A stretch of 64,000 bases of DNA from a virus (lineage: Duplodnaviria; Heunggongvirae; Uroviricota; Caudoviricetes): IMG/VR virus record IMGVR_UViG_3300028914_000001, positions 358,151 through 422,150 of that record, one strand, 5' to 3'. This document shows positions 47,749-56,455 of the stretch, in pieces. The notes beneath the pieces were generated by a model. It did no database searches, was not told the origin of the DNA, and was given only the letters and a program-made list of their open reading frames with translations. A program made the translations under genes and the position numbers. Within the stretch, counting starts at the first letter, position 1; every line of letters begins with the position of its first letter.

Positions 47749-48027
47749 ATGAAAAAGTTTAATTTTTTCGACCCAAATGATTTCGGGAAAGTAACCCAAA
47801 GCACCCAGTACGCCGTGTACAACCGTAACCGACAGGAACTGGTTCACCGCAGAGGGGTCTGCTCTGCCGGGTTGCCACAGTTCTGGTACAATACCTATAA
47901 CCAGGCGGAAGAGCTTCTGAACGAAGCATTGAAATACTTTCCCGATAACGAAATCCTGACAATCATCAAGAAAGATGCAGTAATTACGTTCACCGATTGC
48001 ATGTCCGAGGATAAACATGAAGCCTGA
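47749..48027 (+). CDS. hypothetical protein
   Basis: GGAG RBS. Confidence 0.65.
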   Translation: MKKFNFFDPNDFGKVTQSTQYAVYNRNRQELVHRRGVCSAGLPQFWYNTYNQAEELLNEALKYFPDNEILTIIKKDAVITFTDCMSEDKHEA

Positions 48028-48517
48028 GGAAACCAATATCCCGACCCACTGGGAAATGGCACAGTGGCTTGCCCAAGGAAAGGGCGAGATGCTTGATACG
48101 AACGACTTCAACCGTGTCATCCACTCGTTCGACTACAGGCTTGAATATGAAAACGAGCCGCTTCACCCGCTGGAACTCGCACAGTACAAGATTCGCCTGT
48201 TCGGCGACCCGTTCTGGCACCAGCCAGATACCGTCTACATGGACATCCCCCGATGGAACCTCCACAAGTTCATCCACCACATCGCAGCAAAGTTCCCCGA
48301 GGGCACTTTCCCCGTGCATACAGACGTACTGCATGGCGCCTTCCATGTCAACGACATGTGTATCGCATGCTCGTTGGGCGTATACACATGTTGCAAGAAC
48401 GGGAAGCTGGAACTGGAAGATTACAGGACCCATTGGGATTCGATTACCGACGATGATGTCATGCGGATTGAAAAGGTCATCAGGAAACTCGTAAAGAAAA
48501 AATCCGAGACCACTTGA
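48017..48517 (+). CDS. hypothetical protein
   Basis: GAGG RBS. Confidence 0.7.
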   Translation: MKPEETNIPTHWEMAQWLAQGKGEMLDTNDFNRVIHSFDYRLEYENEPLHPLELAQYKIRLFGDPFWHQPDTVYMDIPRWNLHKFIHHIAAKFPEGTFPVHTDVLHGAFHVNDMCIACSLGVYTCCKNGKLELEDYRTHWDSITDDDVMRIEKVIRKLVKKKSETT

Positions 48518-48542
48518 CAATCCGACTTTAATTGTCTATATT
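48514..48542 (+). promoter_or_regulatory. sigma70-like promoter
   Basis: TTGACA-N17-TATATT. Confidence 0.8.
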
Positions 48543-48571
48543 ACTTCCAGTAACTCAACAGGAGACTGAAC

Positions 48572-48790
48572 ATGGCAGGAAACACTATTGAATCCTCGGG
48601 AAATCCGTCGTACACTCCCCGTGACTACGAGAAGGAGAACGACCTTGGCGTGTATGTCCACTGCGTAGAACGCATGGGCCAGATTGCCGCAATAATGAAC
48701 GTGTACCCTAAGACGATGACGCTCGAACAGGTGTACGAGTCCGTCCAGTACCAACTTGAAAAATACAGAAAGCTCGTCATCGGACGATAA
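48572..48790 (+). CDS. hypothetical protein
   Basis: AGGAG RBS. Confidence 0.7.
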   Translation: MAGNTIESSGNPSYTPRDYEKENDLGVYVHCVERMGQIAAIMNVYPKTMTLEQVYESVQYQLEKYRKLVIGR

Positions 48791-48801
48791 AGGAGAAACC
48801 T

Positions 48802-49215
48802 ATGAACATTGGAGACATTTTATACATAGTTTTGCTTGTCGCATTCGTCATGACGCTGTTGTCCACCGTCCTCTACAAGCGGATGATGGTAGGCAAGGTC
48901 CAGATAATGAAGGTCGGCGATTCCTATGCGGTCAGACAGTATGCTGGCGCTAGTTCTTTCGATTACATCCGTTTCGATGAACTGCTCGACTATAAATGGA
49001 GATGGCTTTACGGAGAAAGTGTTCTGAAGACGTGCGATTTTCCAATGACGATGCCGTATGAAGAGTCCGAGCGTGTTGCCAATCTAGCCCATGCCAAGTA
49101 CCTCGAATATCGAGAAAGCAAAAGACTAGAGAAGCAAAAGGCCAAGGAAAGACGGTTGGAAAAGAAAAAGAACAAACCTGTCCTCGTCAAGAAAATATCG
49201 AGCAAGGCGGACTGA
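48802..49215 (+). CDS. membrane-anchored hypothetical protein
   Basis: AAGGAG RBS; N-terminal TM; basic tail. Confidence 0.7.
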   Translation: MNIGDILYIVLLVAFVMTLLSTVLYKRMMVGKVQIMKVGDSYAVRQYAGASSFDYIRFDELLDYKWRWLYGESVLKTCDFPMTMPYEESERVANLAHAKYLEYRESKRLEKQKAKERRLEKKKNKPVLVKKISSKAD

Positions 49216-49232
49216 GCCGAAAGAGAAACAAG

Positions 49233-50258
49233 ATGGTTAATATAGACGCTAGACAATTTTTGAAAGAAGCCCGTGAACTCCATGAAGCTGACAAAGAGCG
49301 ATTCAGGGGCGTTAAAGATGTGAGCGATGTAGTCAGGGGATGGGGTGCCAATGATTTATCGCTTGACACATTCAAGCGCACACTGTGCCGCTATACAGAC
49401 CACTCGGGCCATGTCACCAATTACCTGTGTGCCCTCCTGAATTGCAAGCCTATATCGGAACTGATTGTAGATTCCGATGCACTGGAAGGACCATGGATTG
49501 AAGAACTAAGGGCTGCCGTAAAACGGGCCAAGGCCGAATGCGACTCGTGGTGGAGCTGCCTGGACCTTGATGAAATTTATATACTAGAACTTGTGCTCAA
49601 ACATTTCGACGAAATCGTCAAGAGGTTCAAACAACGGTTTGCCGAAGAGGATGCCATCACCGAGCTTAACAGGGCGCTTCGTAAATATCCGAAGGCCAAC
49701 TGTGACGGGGAAATGGGCGCCAAGGTCAGCGAGAGCATCTCCCTGTACAATGAAATCTCCTGTACCGAGTCCGATATCGAAAAATACAAGAAGATGATTG
49801 ACATTGGCAAGACGCTCGTTACCGACAATGCCGAGCTCATGACGATGATGACTGACAATATGAACGCCCGTTCAAACCGAATTAAACAACTCGCCGATGA
49901 ACACGGTAACGCCGAAGCCAACATACGCCAAGCCCTGCTCGATGCCATGAAAGGCAAGTTCATATACTGGGACGATAGAGATACACAACACTCACGGTAC
50001 ATGCGTCTCGTTGACGTGAAAATGGATGGTTGGAGCGACAAGGATGTCTTCCTGAAAGGACCGTTAATCTACTTCGACTGGGGTGTTAAACCCAAGTTCG
50101 AGGCCGATGGTTCCGTGTATTTATCGTACATGAGCAAACTCAGCGAGAAAGTCGATTGCCTGCATGTCGTCGAAATAGACGAGCTGCTGAAAGAGGTAGA
50201 GAAACATACCCCATTCATGCTCGACTTCATCAAGAAACTTACCGAAAACATGGCATGA
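49233..50258 (+). CDS. hypothetical protein
   Basis: 341-aa ORF. Confidence 0.75.
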   Translation: MVNIDARQFLKEARELHEADKERFRGVKDVSDVVRGWGANDLSLDTFKRTLCRYTDHSGHVTNYLCALLNCKPISELIVDSDALEGPWIEELRAAVKRAKAECDSWWSCLDLDEIYILELVLKHFDEIVKRFKQRFAEEDAITELNRALRKYPKANCDGEMGAKVSESISLYNEISCTESDIEKYKKMIDIGKTLVTDNAELMTMMTDNMNARSNRIKQLADEHGNAEANIRQALLDAMKGKFIYWDDRDTQHSRYMRLVDVKMDGWSDKDVFLKGPLIYFDWGVKPKFEADGSVYLSYMSKLSEKVDCLHVVEIDELLKEVEKHTPFMLDFIKKLTENMA

Positions 50259-50261
50259 CCT

Positions 50262-51191
50262 ATGAACAAACCATTCGATAAATTGGCTTACAACGAACGG
50301 CTGCAAGAATTACGCAATCAGTATGAGTTAGCCCAGGAATCCACAAAACAGGCCGAACAGAAACTGAATGAGGCGAAGGATAACGAAAGCAAGTCCCTTG
50401 CCGACATGACCGATTTCATAAAAAAGTCGTTCGTCACTCAGCTCAAGGAATTCTTCGACGGAGCCCCCGTCGCAATCCAGGTTTACAACCACTCTAAGGA
50501 CAATGTGCTTCCGCCCGAGGATGAACCAGACATGTACGGCGTTCGCATCCTCCCAACAGTACTGCAAGAAAATGACGTGTACGTTTCCGGGGAATATGCC
50601 AGCGTCAATCCCATAAGGATGGATTTCATCGACATACATCACGGGCAACAGCCGTGGATTCAGCCTTACGATGCGTATTACCCCAGTTATACCAACATCA
50701 TCTTCCTCCCGAATGATGGTCGCTGGGTTAAATCACGTTACATCCCCGTGAAAGACTTCTCGGTAATACAGGACATCATGGAAAGGAACCGCAAACTTTA
50801 CATGGAACGCCTGGACGAGGAAATCAGCAAACTGAGAGAGCTTTGTCCGAAATATAAAGCTTATACAGCGTCATGGAAGGATTATACCTACATCTTCCTC
50901 GTAGGAAAAGACGTTATTCATATACGGTACACGACAGACACGTTTCCACATGTTCTAAAAGGAGACGATGACGACCCGTTATGGTATAGAATGCTGGAGG
51001 AGAAGTATGAACGGAAAGAGATTTCAACCGACGATGTATGCAAAAGGCTAACCAGCATCGTAAGGGGAAATTTAAAGTATTACAAGGAAACCGTGGCGAA
51101 AGCGAAAAAATGGTTCGACGACTGCGTTAAACTGGCCGAAGAACACAAGACAGAAAATGGGCCTTCATCGAGATTCCAAACTGGAAGATAA
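50262..51191 (+). CDS. hypothetical protein
   Basis: 309-aa ORF. Confidence 0.75.
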   Translation: MNKPFDKLAYNERLQELRNQYELAQESTKQAEQKLNEAKDNESKSLADMTDFIKKSFVTQLKEFFDGAPVAIQVYNHSKDNVLPPEDEPDMYGVRILPTVLQENDVYVSGEYASVNPIRMDFIDIHHGQQPWIQPYDAYYPSYTNIIFLPNDGRWVKSRYIPVKDFSVIQDIMERNRKLYMERLDEEISKLRELCPKYKAYTASWKDYTYIFLVGKDVIHIRYTTDTFPHVLKGDDDDPLWYRMLEEKYERKEISTDDVCKRLTSIVRGNLKYYKETVAKAKKWFDDCVKLAEEHKTENGPSSRFQTGR

Positions 51192-51308
51192 TCCCAGGAA
51201 GCGCCTACTCGAAATCGTAAAAATAAGTTAACATTTCACTTTTTTGCCGTCTGTCTTATCGCAGGCGGTTTTATTTTACTATATTTATCAGTAAAGAAAG
51301 GAACAAAT

Positions 51309-51803
51309 ATGAAAGCCAACACGAAACTCGAAATGGAAGACTTCAACCGAATCTGCCTGGATTGCGGCCTTGTCCCCAACGAAGCCAAGAACAAGGAATA
51401 CAACAACGAGGCAAGCTACTTTAACCTCGTCCATCCCATTTCCAAGGAACCCATCGAAGCCGCCTACTATGAAGACTTCATCGATGACGACTACAGTACA
51501 ATCCATGTAGGCGCCCACATTCGCAGCATCCTTGGATACCACTTCTCCATCATAGATACGACACGGCTCGGTATCGACGAAGAATACATCCGTCAGTCCA
51601 TCGATAAGCTCAAACATTTCCTCGACGAAGAACTCGAAGCCAGAAAGAAGACCAAGGTTCCTCTCAAAGATTTCATCGACTTCATTGCCCCCCAGCGAGA
51701 ACTGGTCAGGAACGGCCTGGTCGAACTCTCCGTCCCGGTCAGCGAGTTCATCGCCAAGCTCGGCAAAAACCCCGTACTCAAAATTGACGTAACAAAGGAG
51801 TAA
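51309..51803 (+). CDS. hypothetical protein
   Basis: AAGGA RBS. Confidence 0.7.
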   Translation: MKANTKLEMEDFNRICLDCGLVPNEAKNKEYNNEASYFNLVHPISKEPIEAAYYEDFIDDDYSTIHVGAHIRSILGYHFSIIDTTRLGIDEEYIRQSIDKLKHFLDEELEARKKTKVPLKDFIDFIAPQRELVRNGLVELSVPVSEFIAKLGKNPVLKIDVTKE

Positions 51804-51808
51804 AACCC

Positions 51809-52369
51809 ATGATTGAACTGTTCGGATGGAACGACGCTTCCAACACTGAAATACCCCTGAATAAGGAAATCTTCGCCCTGCTCCAAGACCTGACGGACCC
51901 AGAAAAACTCAGTCCTGCAGTCATCGTCGCCAAGATGATGCCAGCACGGCAACTTACATGGGTGGAAAACGACGAAGGCGATGTCCTCTGCTACGATATC
52001 CCCGCAGCCCACTTCCATTGCTGCAACGGGGCCCAAATCAAGTACTGGAAAGCCGTTGATATCCCACAGAAGCTCGACTCCTGCGTCTGCGGCGTGGTTG
52101 AAGCACCCAAGGACTGCTTCGAGGCAGAACTCGCTATTCCACCAAAACCTAAGCCAAAGCGACCTTCACCAGAAGGATACTGGAAGTTCATCCCCCACTG
52201 CTTCGCACCAGACGAATACTATGTACAGTGGAAATGCGAATGCGGCACAGTAAACCAGTTCAGAAAGACAGTCCCGGACCTCTGCACCTTCCCGGCATTC
52301 TCCGTCTACTGCACCCACTGCAACAAGAAACTTGATGTCACCTTCGATTTATCCAAGATGAACACTTGA
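51809..52369 (+). CDS. Cys-rich hypothetical protein
   Basis: AAGGAG RBS; CECG...CTHC. Confidence 0.7.
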   Translation: MIELFGWNDASNTEIPLNKEIFALLQDLTDPEKLSPAVIVAKMMPARQLTWVENDEGDVLCYDIPAAHFHCCNGAQIKYWKAVDIPQKLDSCVCGVVEAPKDCFEAELAIPPKPKPKRPSPEGYWKFIPHCFAPDEYYVQWKCECGTVNQFRKTVPDLCTFPAFSVYCTHCNKKLDVTFDLSKMNT

Positions 52370-52394
52370 CAACCAGAAAATAATTATCTATATT
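52366..52394 (+). promoter_or_regulatory. sigma70-like promoter
   Basis: TTGACA-N17-TATATT. Confidence 0.8.
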
Positions 52395-52440
52395 GTTCAT
52401 GCAAACAAATACAAACCACACATACAAAAAGGACATCCCA

Positions 52441-52917
52441 ATGAACAATTCTGCACAAAAACAGGCTATCCTCGACGCTGACAACGCCAAAGGTGACGTA
52501 CTCGACCTCATCGCCCCGATGGTATGCGACAAGTCCCGATTCACCGTCGAAAACAAGTCCGTTCAACTGAACGTGCGAAACCCGATTACCGTCGAAGGCT
52601 ATGTCTCGACCTATTTCGATGACCTGCGAATCGATTTCTGCATGCACTACAACGAAGCCCGTGACGACTTCTACGGGACCGTTCTCGTCATGCACTTCGG
52701 TGTCCACCGCAACGAAGACGGGGAAATGGACGTAAAACCGAATTGGGAACCTCTCGATTACTTCTACACCGAAGACTCGTCATGGGCCCCAATCGAGACG
52801 CTGAAGGGAATCGCCAACCATATCCTCTACGCCCTCGACATGGCCAAGGTCTATAAACAGACCGCAGAGCAGCTTGCTGACCTCAGAAAAACCTACGGCA
52901 TCGCCAAAGATGACTAA
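52441..52917 (+). CDS. hypothetical protein
   Basis: AAGGA RBS before ATG 52441. Confidence 0.7.
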   Translation: MNNSAQKQAILDADNAKGDVLDLIAPMVCDKSRFTVENKSVQLNVRNPITVEGYVSTYFDDLRIDFCMHYNEARDDFYGTVLVMHFGVHRNEDGEMDVKPNWEPLDYFYTEDSSWAPIETLKGIANHILYALDMAKVYKQTAEQLADLRKTYGIAKDD

Positions 52918-52932
52918 AAAGGAGTAAATCCA

Positions 52933-53298
52933 ATGGAAGGATACATCACCACAGCCCGTGTCGGTGACACCATCAGCATCCTGGCGACAGCATCGGGCGA
53001 CCCCTCCTGCAAGGGCAAGGAAGGAACCATCACCCAACTCGACTCCGACGGAACCATCCACGGAACATGGGGAGACATCGCCCTCCTCCATGGACGGGAC
53101 TCCTACGCCATCGTCAAGAGAGCCCCGCTCACCGACAAGGAACTGCAGACGCTTTCCCCATTCGAACGCCTGGGAATCGGAGTCCCGAACGACATATTCT
53201 ATGCCGACAGGTGCGACACCCCGACGCAATCTTCCAACTTCATCCGAATGGTCGAAGAACTCAACAAGGTAAAGACCCATGGTAGACGTAATAATTGA
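52933..53298 (+). CDS. DUF4314-like protein
   Basis: VGDTI...GKEGTI-x-QLDSDGTIHGTWG-x-IAL...D. Confidence 0.7.
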   Translation: MEGYITTARVGDTISILATASGDPSCKGKEGTITQLDSDGTIHGTWGDIALLHGRDSYAIVKRAPLTDKELQTLSPFERLGIGVPNDIFYADRCDTPTQSSNFIRMVEELNKVKTHGRRNN

Positions 53299-53530
53299 CG
53301 GCGAAGCAGCATACTGCCTCCCAGACTGCACCTGCTGCACGGCATGCCACAAGCTCATTACCGAGGTGGATGAATGCCCGTTCCCCGAACCAGACGGCCT
53401 GTGGTCAGACAAGTACAAGTGCTCCCCAGACTGCAACTACTACCAGGAAATCTGGGACGACGAAGAACTTAAAAAGGAACTCGCCCTCGACGAGGACAAA
53501 ACCCTGTTGGAACCCTTGGAGGAAACCTGA
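53279..53530 (+). CDS. small Cys-rich acidic protein
   Basis: multiple Cys; operon packing. Confidence 0.6.
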   Translation: MVDVIIDGEAAYCLPDCTCCTACHKLITEVDECPFPEPDGLWSDKYKCSPDCNYYQEIWDDEELKKELALDEDKTLLEPLEET

Positions 53531-53700
53531 TGGACTCCCCTACGCTCGTCAGCATCGCCGCAGCGAACTCATCCGTAACCAACTCGGGGTTCGGCCCAGA
53601 TGTCGCCCTAGAATTCGCACTGGTATTCTTCGTGGCGTTCCCTCTGGCCATCTACGGGTTCGGAAAACTAATCAACTTTATCGAAAAGAAACGAGGCTAA
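53530..53700 (+). CDS. small membrane protein (56 aa, not in ORF track)
   Basis: TGATG coupling; GGAGG RBS; one TM segment. Confidence 0.55.
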   Translation: MDSPTLVSIAAANSSVTNSGFGPDVALEFALVFFVAFPLAIYGFGKLINFIEKKRG

Positions 53701-53702
53701 CT

Positions 53703-53825
53703 ATGAAGATTCCAAAGTCCGAAATAAAGAAGTTCCGAAAACTCTTCTATGAAGCAGTGCAGGAAGCCCTGGCTATCCCAACCCCATGGATGGAAAAGGC
53801 GTTCCCCGGATGGAAAAACGGCTGA
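53703..53825 (+). CDS. small hypothetical protein
   Basis: GAGG RBS before MKIPK. Confidence 0.5.
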   Translation: MKIPKSEIKKFRKLFYEAVQEALAIPTPWMEKAFPGWKNG

Positions 53826-53855
53826 TTTCTAACCATAAACAAAAAGAGGTACAAA

Positions 53856-54092
53856 ATGAAAGTAAAAGAACTCATCGAAAAACTCCAAAAGCTCAACCCC
53901 GAACTCGAAATCGTGGGCTACGAATCCGACATGGAACGCTCGGGTATCGAACCCGTCAACGTATATCCCCGTGTACAGAAGTTCAAGACCGAAAAACGCT
54001 CCACATGGGACCGCTTCGACGGCACGGACTATACCTACACGAGATACGTCGAAGACCCGAACGGCCCTATCGAAGCCGTCAGACTCTGGTAA
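53856..54092 (+). CDS. hypothetical protein
   Basis: MKVKELIEKLQ N-terminus; GAGG RBS. Confidence 0.75.
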   Translation: MKVKELIEKLQKLNPELEIVGYESDMERSGIEPVNVYPRVQKFKTEKRSTWDRFDGTDYTYTRYVEDPNGPIEAVRLW

Positions 54093-54098
54093 GGCCCG

Positions 54099-54368
54099 AT
54101 GAAACCGAATCCCCTCTACCAAAAGGTCACCAAGAACCTCAAACTCGACAAGGACACCTGCTCCTGGGCAAAGGACTTCTTCGCCGCTTCCCACAGGAGC
54201 AAGGCCGGACTTCTCGACGACGCCATCGAAAGCTACTCCGACGGCGTCCCCCGCCATATATTCAACAAGCACCTCGAAGACGATGCCGGGAAAATAACCA
54301 GCTTCACCACCATGCGTGAACTGCTCCTCTATATCTCCCAAGTGGCCGACTCCGAAGGCTTCTTCTAA
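54099..54368 (+). CDS. hypothetical protein
   Basis: operon packing. Confidence 0.65.
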   Translation: MKPNPLYQKVTKNLKLDKDTCSWAKDFFAASHRSKAGLLDDAIESYSDGVPRHIFNKHLEDDAGKITSFTTMRELLLYISQVADSEGFF

Positions 54369-54392
54369 CCCCCAAACTGAATCAGGTTAACC

Positions 54393-55061
54393 ATGGAACA
54401 TCTCACTTACGTCAAAGAAGACTTCCCGGACGGATGGAAGGAAACCCCGTTCGAACTGCTTTTCAAACGCCTCGAAGAAAACGGGTTCAAAACCACCAAT
54501 CAAGGGGAATTGTCGGCAAACGAAATGGTCATGGACGCCAGACCGCACTCCGACCTGTATAAAATCGAAAAGGACGGAAGATGCTTCTCGTTCGTCCTCA
54601 ATGCCACCACAAACCTCCGCAACGGGGCCGAACTCCTGGATTCTATCGGAGGCTTCAAAAACATATCCAATAAAATCAACAAGCGGGTCGAGTTCGAAAT
54701 CCCCCCAGACAGGGACGTGGACGGAAAATGCGCCGCTGTCGAATACTGGGTCAGAGACCTCGTCAACTACTTCTATGGAAGACCCGTCGAAAAACGAAAG
54801 TTCGATACCGAAAAATGGGATAAAATCCGTAGAGAAGAATACGCCGAACTCAAAGCGAAATCCGACGCCAGATGGAACGACTACCTCAAACACCCAGACA
54901 AGTACTCCGGCCCTCCACCTAGAATCGTCGAACCCCAGCTCTACCCCAATACCATCGTGGGAGTCATCCCCATATCCAAACCACAAGGCCTCGCCTTCGC
55001 CCTCAAATTCCTGGATACAGAACCCCTGTCTAAAACCCTCCTACGTAAAGGCAAGAAATGA
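54393..55061 (+). CDS. hypothetical protein with a C-terminal gp23-like motif
   Basis: IVGVIPISKPQGLAFALK. Confidence 0.7.
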   Translation: MEHLTYVKEDFPDGWKETPFELLFKRLEENGFKTTNQGELSANEMVMDARPHSDLYKIEKDGRCFSFVLNATTNLRNGAELLDSIGGFKNISNKINKRVEFEIPPDRDVDGKCAAVEYWVRDLVNYFYGRPVEKRKFDTEKWDKIRREEYAELKAKSDARWNDYLKHPDKYSGPPPRIVEPQLYPNTIVGVIPISKPQGLAFALKFLDTEPLSKTLLRKGKK

Positions 55062-55306
55062 ACAAGGACGAAATCTTCCAGTACCTCCTCTCCCACGGCT
55101 TCACCCGGAAAGACAACGAATTCAGGAAGGATATCCTAGTCGCCAGACATAACGAGGAAAAGAACAGACTCGAAGTCCTCTATGACATCGGTGAAAAACT
55201 CCCCGTCTACTGGTACTACGATATCCTCAAAGACTTCAACCCAAACGCCATCGACTCCTACTTCAATAACCTATATGACGCCATCAAGACATTTGACGAA
55301 CAATGA
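55058..55306 (+). CDS. hypothetical protein
   Basis: ATGA overlap. Confidence 0.65.
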   Translation: MNKDEIFQYLLSHGFTRKDNEFRKDILVARHNEEKNRLEVLYDIGEKLPVYWYYDILKDFNPNAIDSYFNNLYDAIKTFDEQ

Positions 55307-55838
55307 TATCGACCCCCTGCTCCAAGAAAGCAGGAACGCCTTCATCCATGAACAGGATTGCAAACTGAGCGAACAACTCAGGGTGTCCGCCGTTACCCAG
55401 ACTTTCACAGTCCAGATGACAGAAGCCTGCGAAAAGTTCTCCCACCTGATAGAAGAAATCCTCCAATACAAGAAATTCTTCCGCCTAAGGTTCAGCTTCT
55501 TTCCCAGAAGCATCGTCCTCGAAGTACAACCCTACTGGGGAAAATCCTCCTGGTCCTTCCACCCCCTCAGATACGGAATCGAGGATTTCTACCATTTCGC
55601 ATCCTGCATTATACAGAAGGACGAGAACGGCCTGTTCAAACCCTATATGGAAATACTCAGTAACGGATACGTCGTATCGGGCAAGGGAAAAGTCTGCAAC
55701 GACGGTTTCAAATACCTCAAATACTTCACAAAGAAATATACCCACAAGTGGATGGAAAAGGCCCTCAGGAAAGAACTGAAACGCTGCATCGCAAACAAAA
55801 GGCTCGAATCCGATGCCCGTGTCGATGCCGTCTCCTAA
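55275..55838 (+). CDS. hypothetical protein (start uncertain)
   Basis: last ORF before the non-coding block. Confidence 0.65.
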   Translation: MTPSRHLTNNDIDPLLQESRNAFIHEQDCKLSEQLRVSAVTQTFTVQMTEACEKFSHLIEEILQYKKFFRLRFSFFPRSIVLEVQPYWGKSSWSFHPLRYGIEDFYHFASCIIQKDENGLFKPYMEILSNGYVVSGKGKVCNDGFKYLKYFTKKYTHKWMEKALRKELKRCIANKRLESDARVDAVS

Positions 55839-55839
55839 C

Positions 55840-56345
55840 CAGGGATGAAACCCCCCACCCCCAAAAATTTTTTTCAAACCCCATACCCCCCTACCAAAAA
55901 TTTTTTAAAGGGGGAGGGGGCGCCTTTAAATATTTTTTTCTATTTTTCTGCCCCCAGTTTTGCATTTTGATTTTTTGACTGGGTGTTCATATCATGTTGA
56001 TATCATGTTGATAAGTTGTGCGTTTCATTTTGAAACATTGTTGACATCATGTTAGCAAGGTGTTGAGTCGCTGGTTGCAAGCCCGTGGTGTGAGCTGGGT
56101 GTGCAAGCTGTGTTCAGAACCTGGGTTGCAAGCTGTGTTCAGAACCTGGGTTGCAACTCCTGTTCTGAACCCCTGTTCTGAACCCCTGTTCTGAACCCCT
56201 GTTCTGAACCTGGGTTGCAACTCCTGTTCTGAACCCCTGTTCTGAACCATGTATTTTTAAAAAATAAAAAGTACCTGGCTTATCAAATATCAAATTAGCC
56301 TAGGCTAATACCCTATACGGGCCACCCCCTAAAACGACCCCTCAC
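55840..56345. other. non-coding control block: candidate replication origin or genome terminus
   Basis: C/G homopolymer and A/T tracts, iteron-like repeats, strand-composition switch. Confidence 0.5.
56095..56248. repeat. array of 8 GTTCWGAAC palindromes interleaved with TTGCAA
   Basis: copies at 56112, 56137, 56162, 56175, 56188, 56201, 56226, 56239 (13- and 25-bp periods). Confidence 0.9.
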
Positions 56346-56390
56346 GCTCAACATGGGTTATCACCCCCAACGGTGTGGAGCTGGGGGAAG

Positions 56391-56408
56391 TATACCACCC
56401 TATATTAA
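56391..56408 (+). promoter_or_regulatory. type-B promoter box TATACCACCCTATATTAA (also at 58951, 60256, 61451)
   Basis: four identical 18-mers, 43-44 bp after the motif start; contain the TATATT -10 but no TTGACA. Confidence 0.7.
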
Positions 56409-56455
56409 GGGTTGTCCCGAGGCAATGAAGCCAAGGGAAAACTATCGGAGTTGAT

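Noticed and set aside
56047-56250. 67-aa minus-strand ORF across the repeat array (also 58420-58665, 58675-58875, 62447-62764, 63282-63548)
   Set aside because: These are translations of repeat or regulatory DNA with no RBS, overlapping terminators and promoters
56358-56366. Lambda-type operator (TATCACC half-site)
   Set aside because: Only a 7-bp match with no symmetric 17-bp operator; likely coincidental
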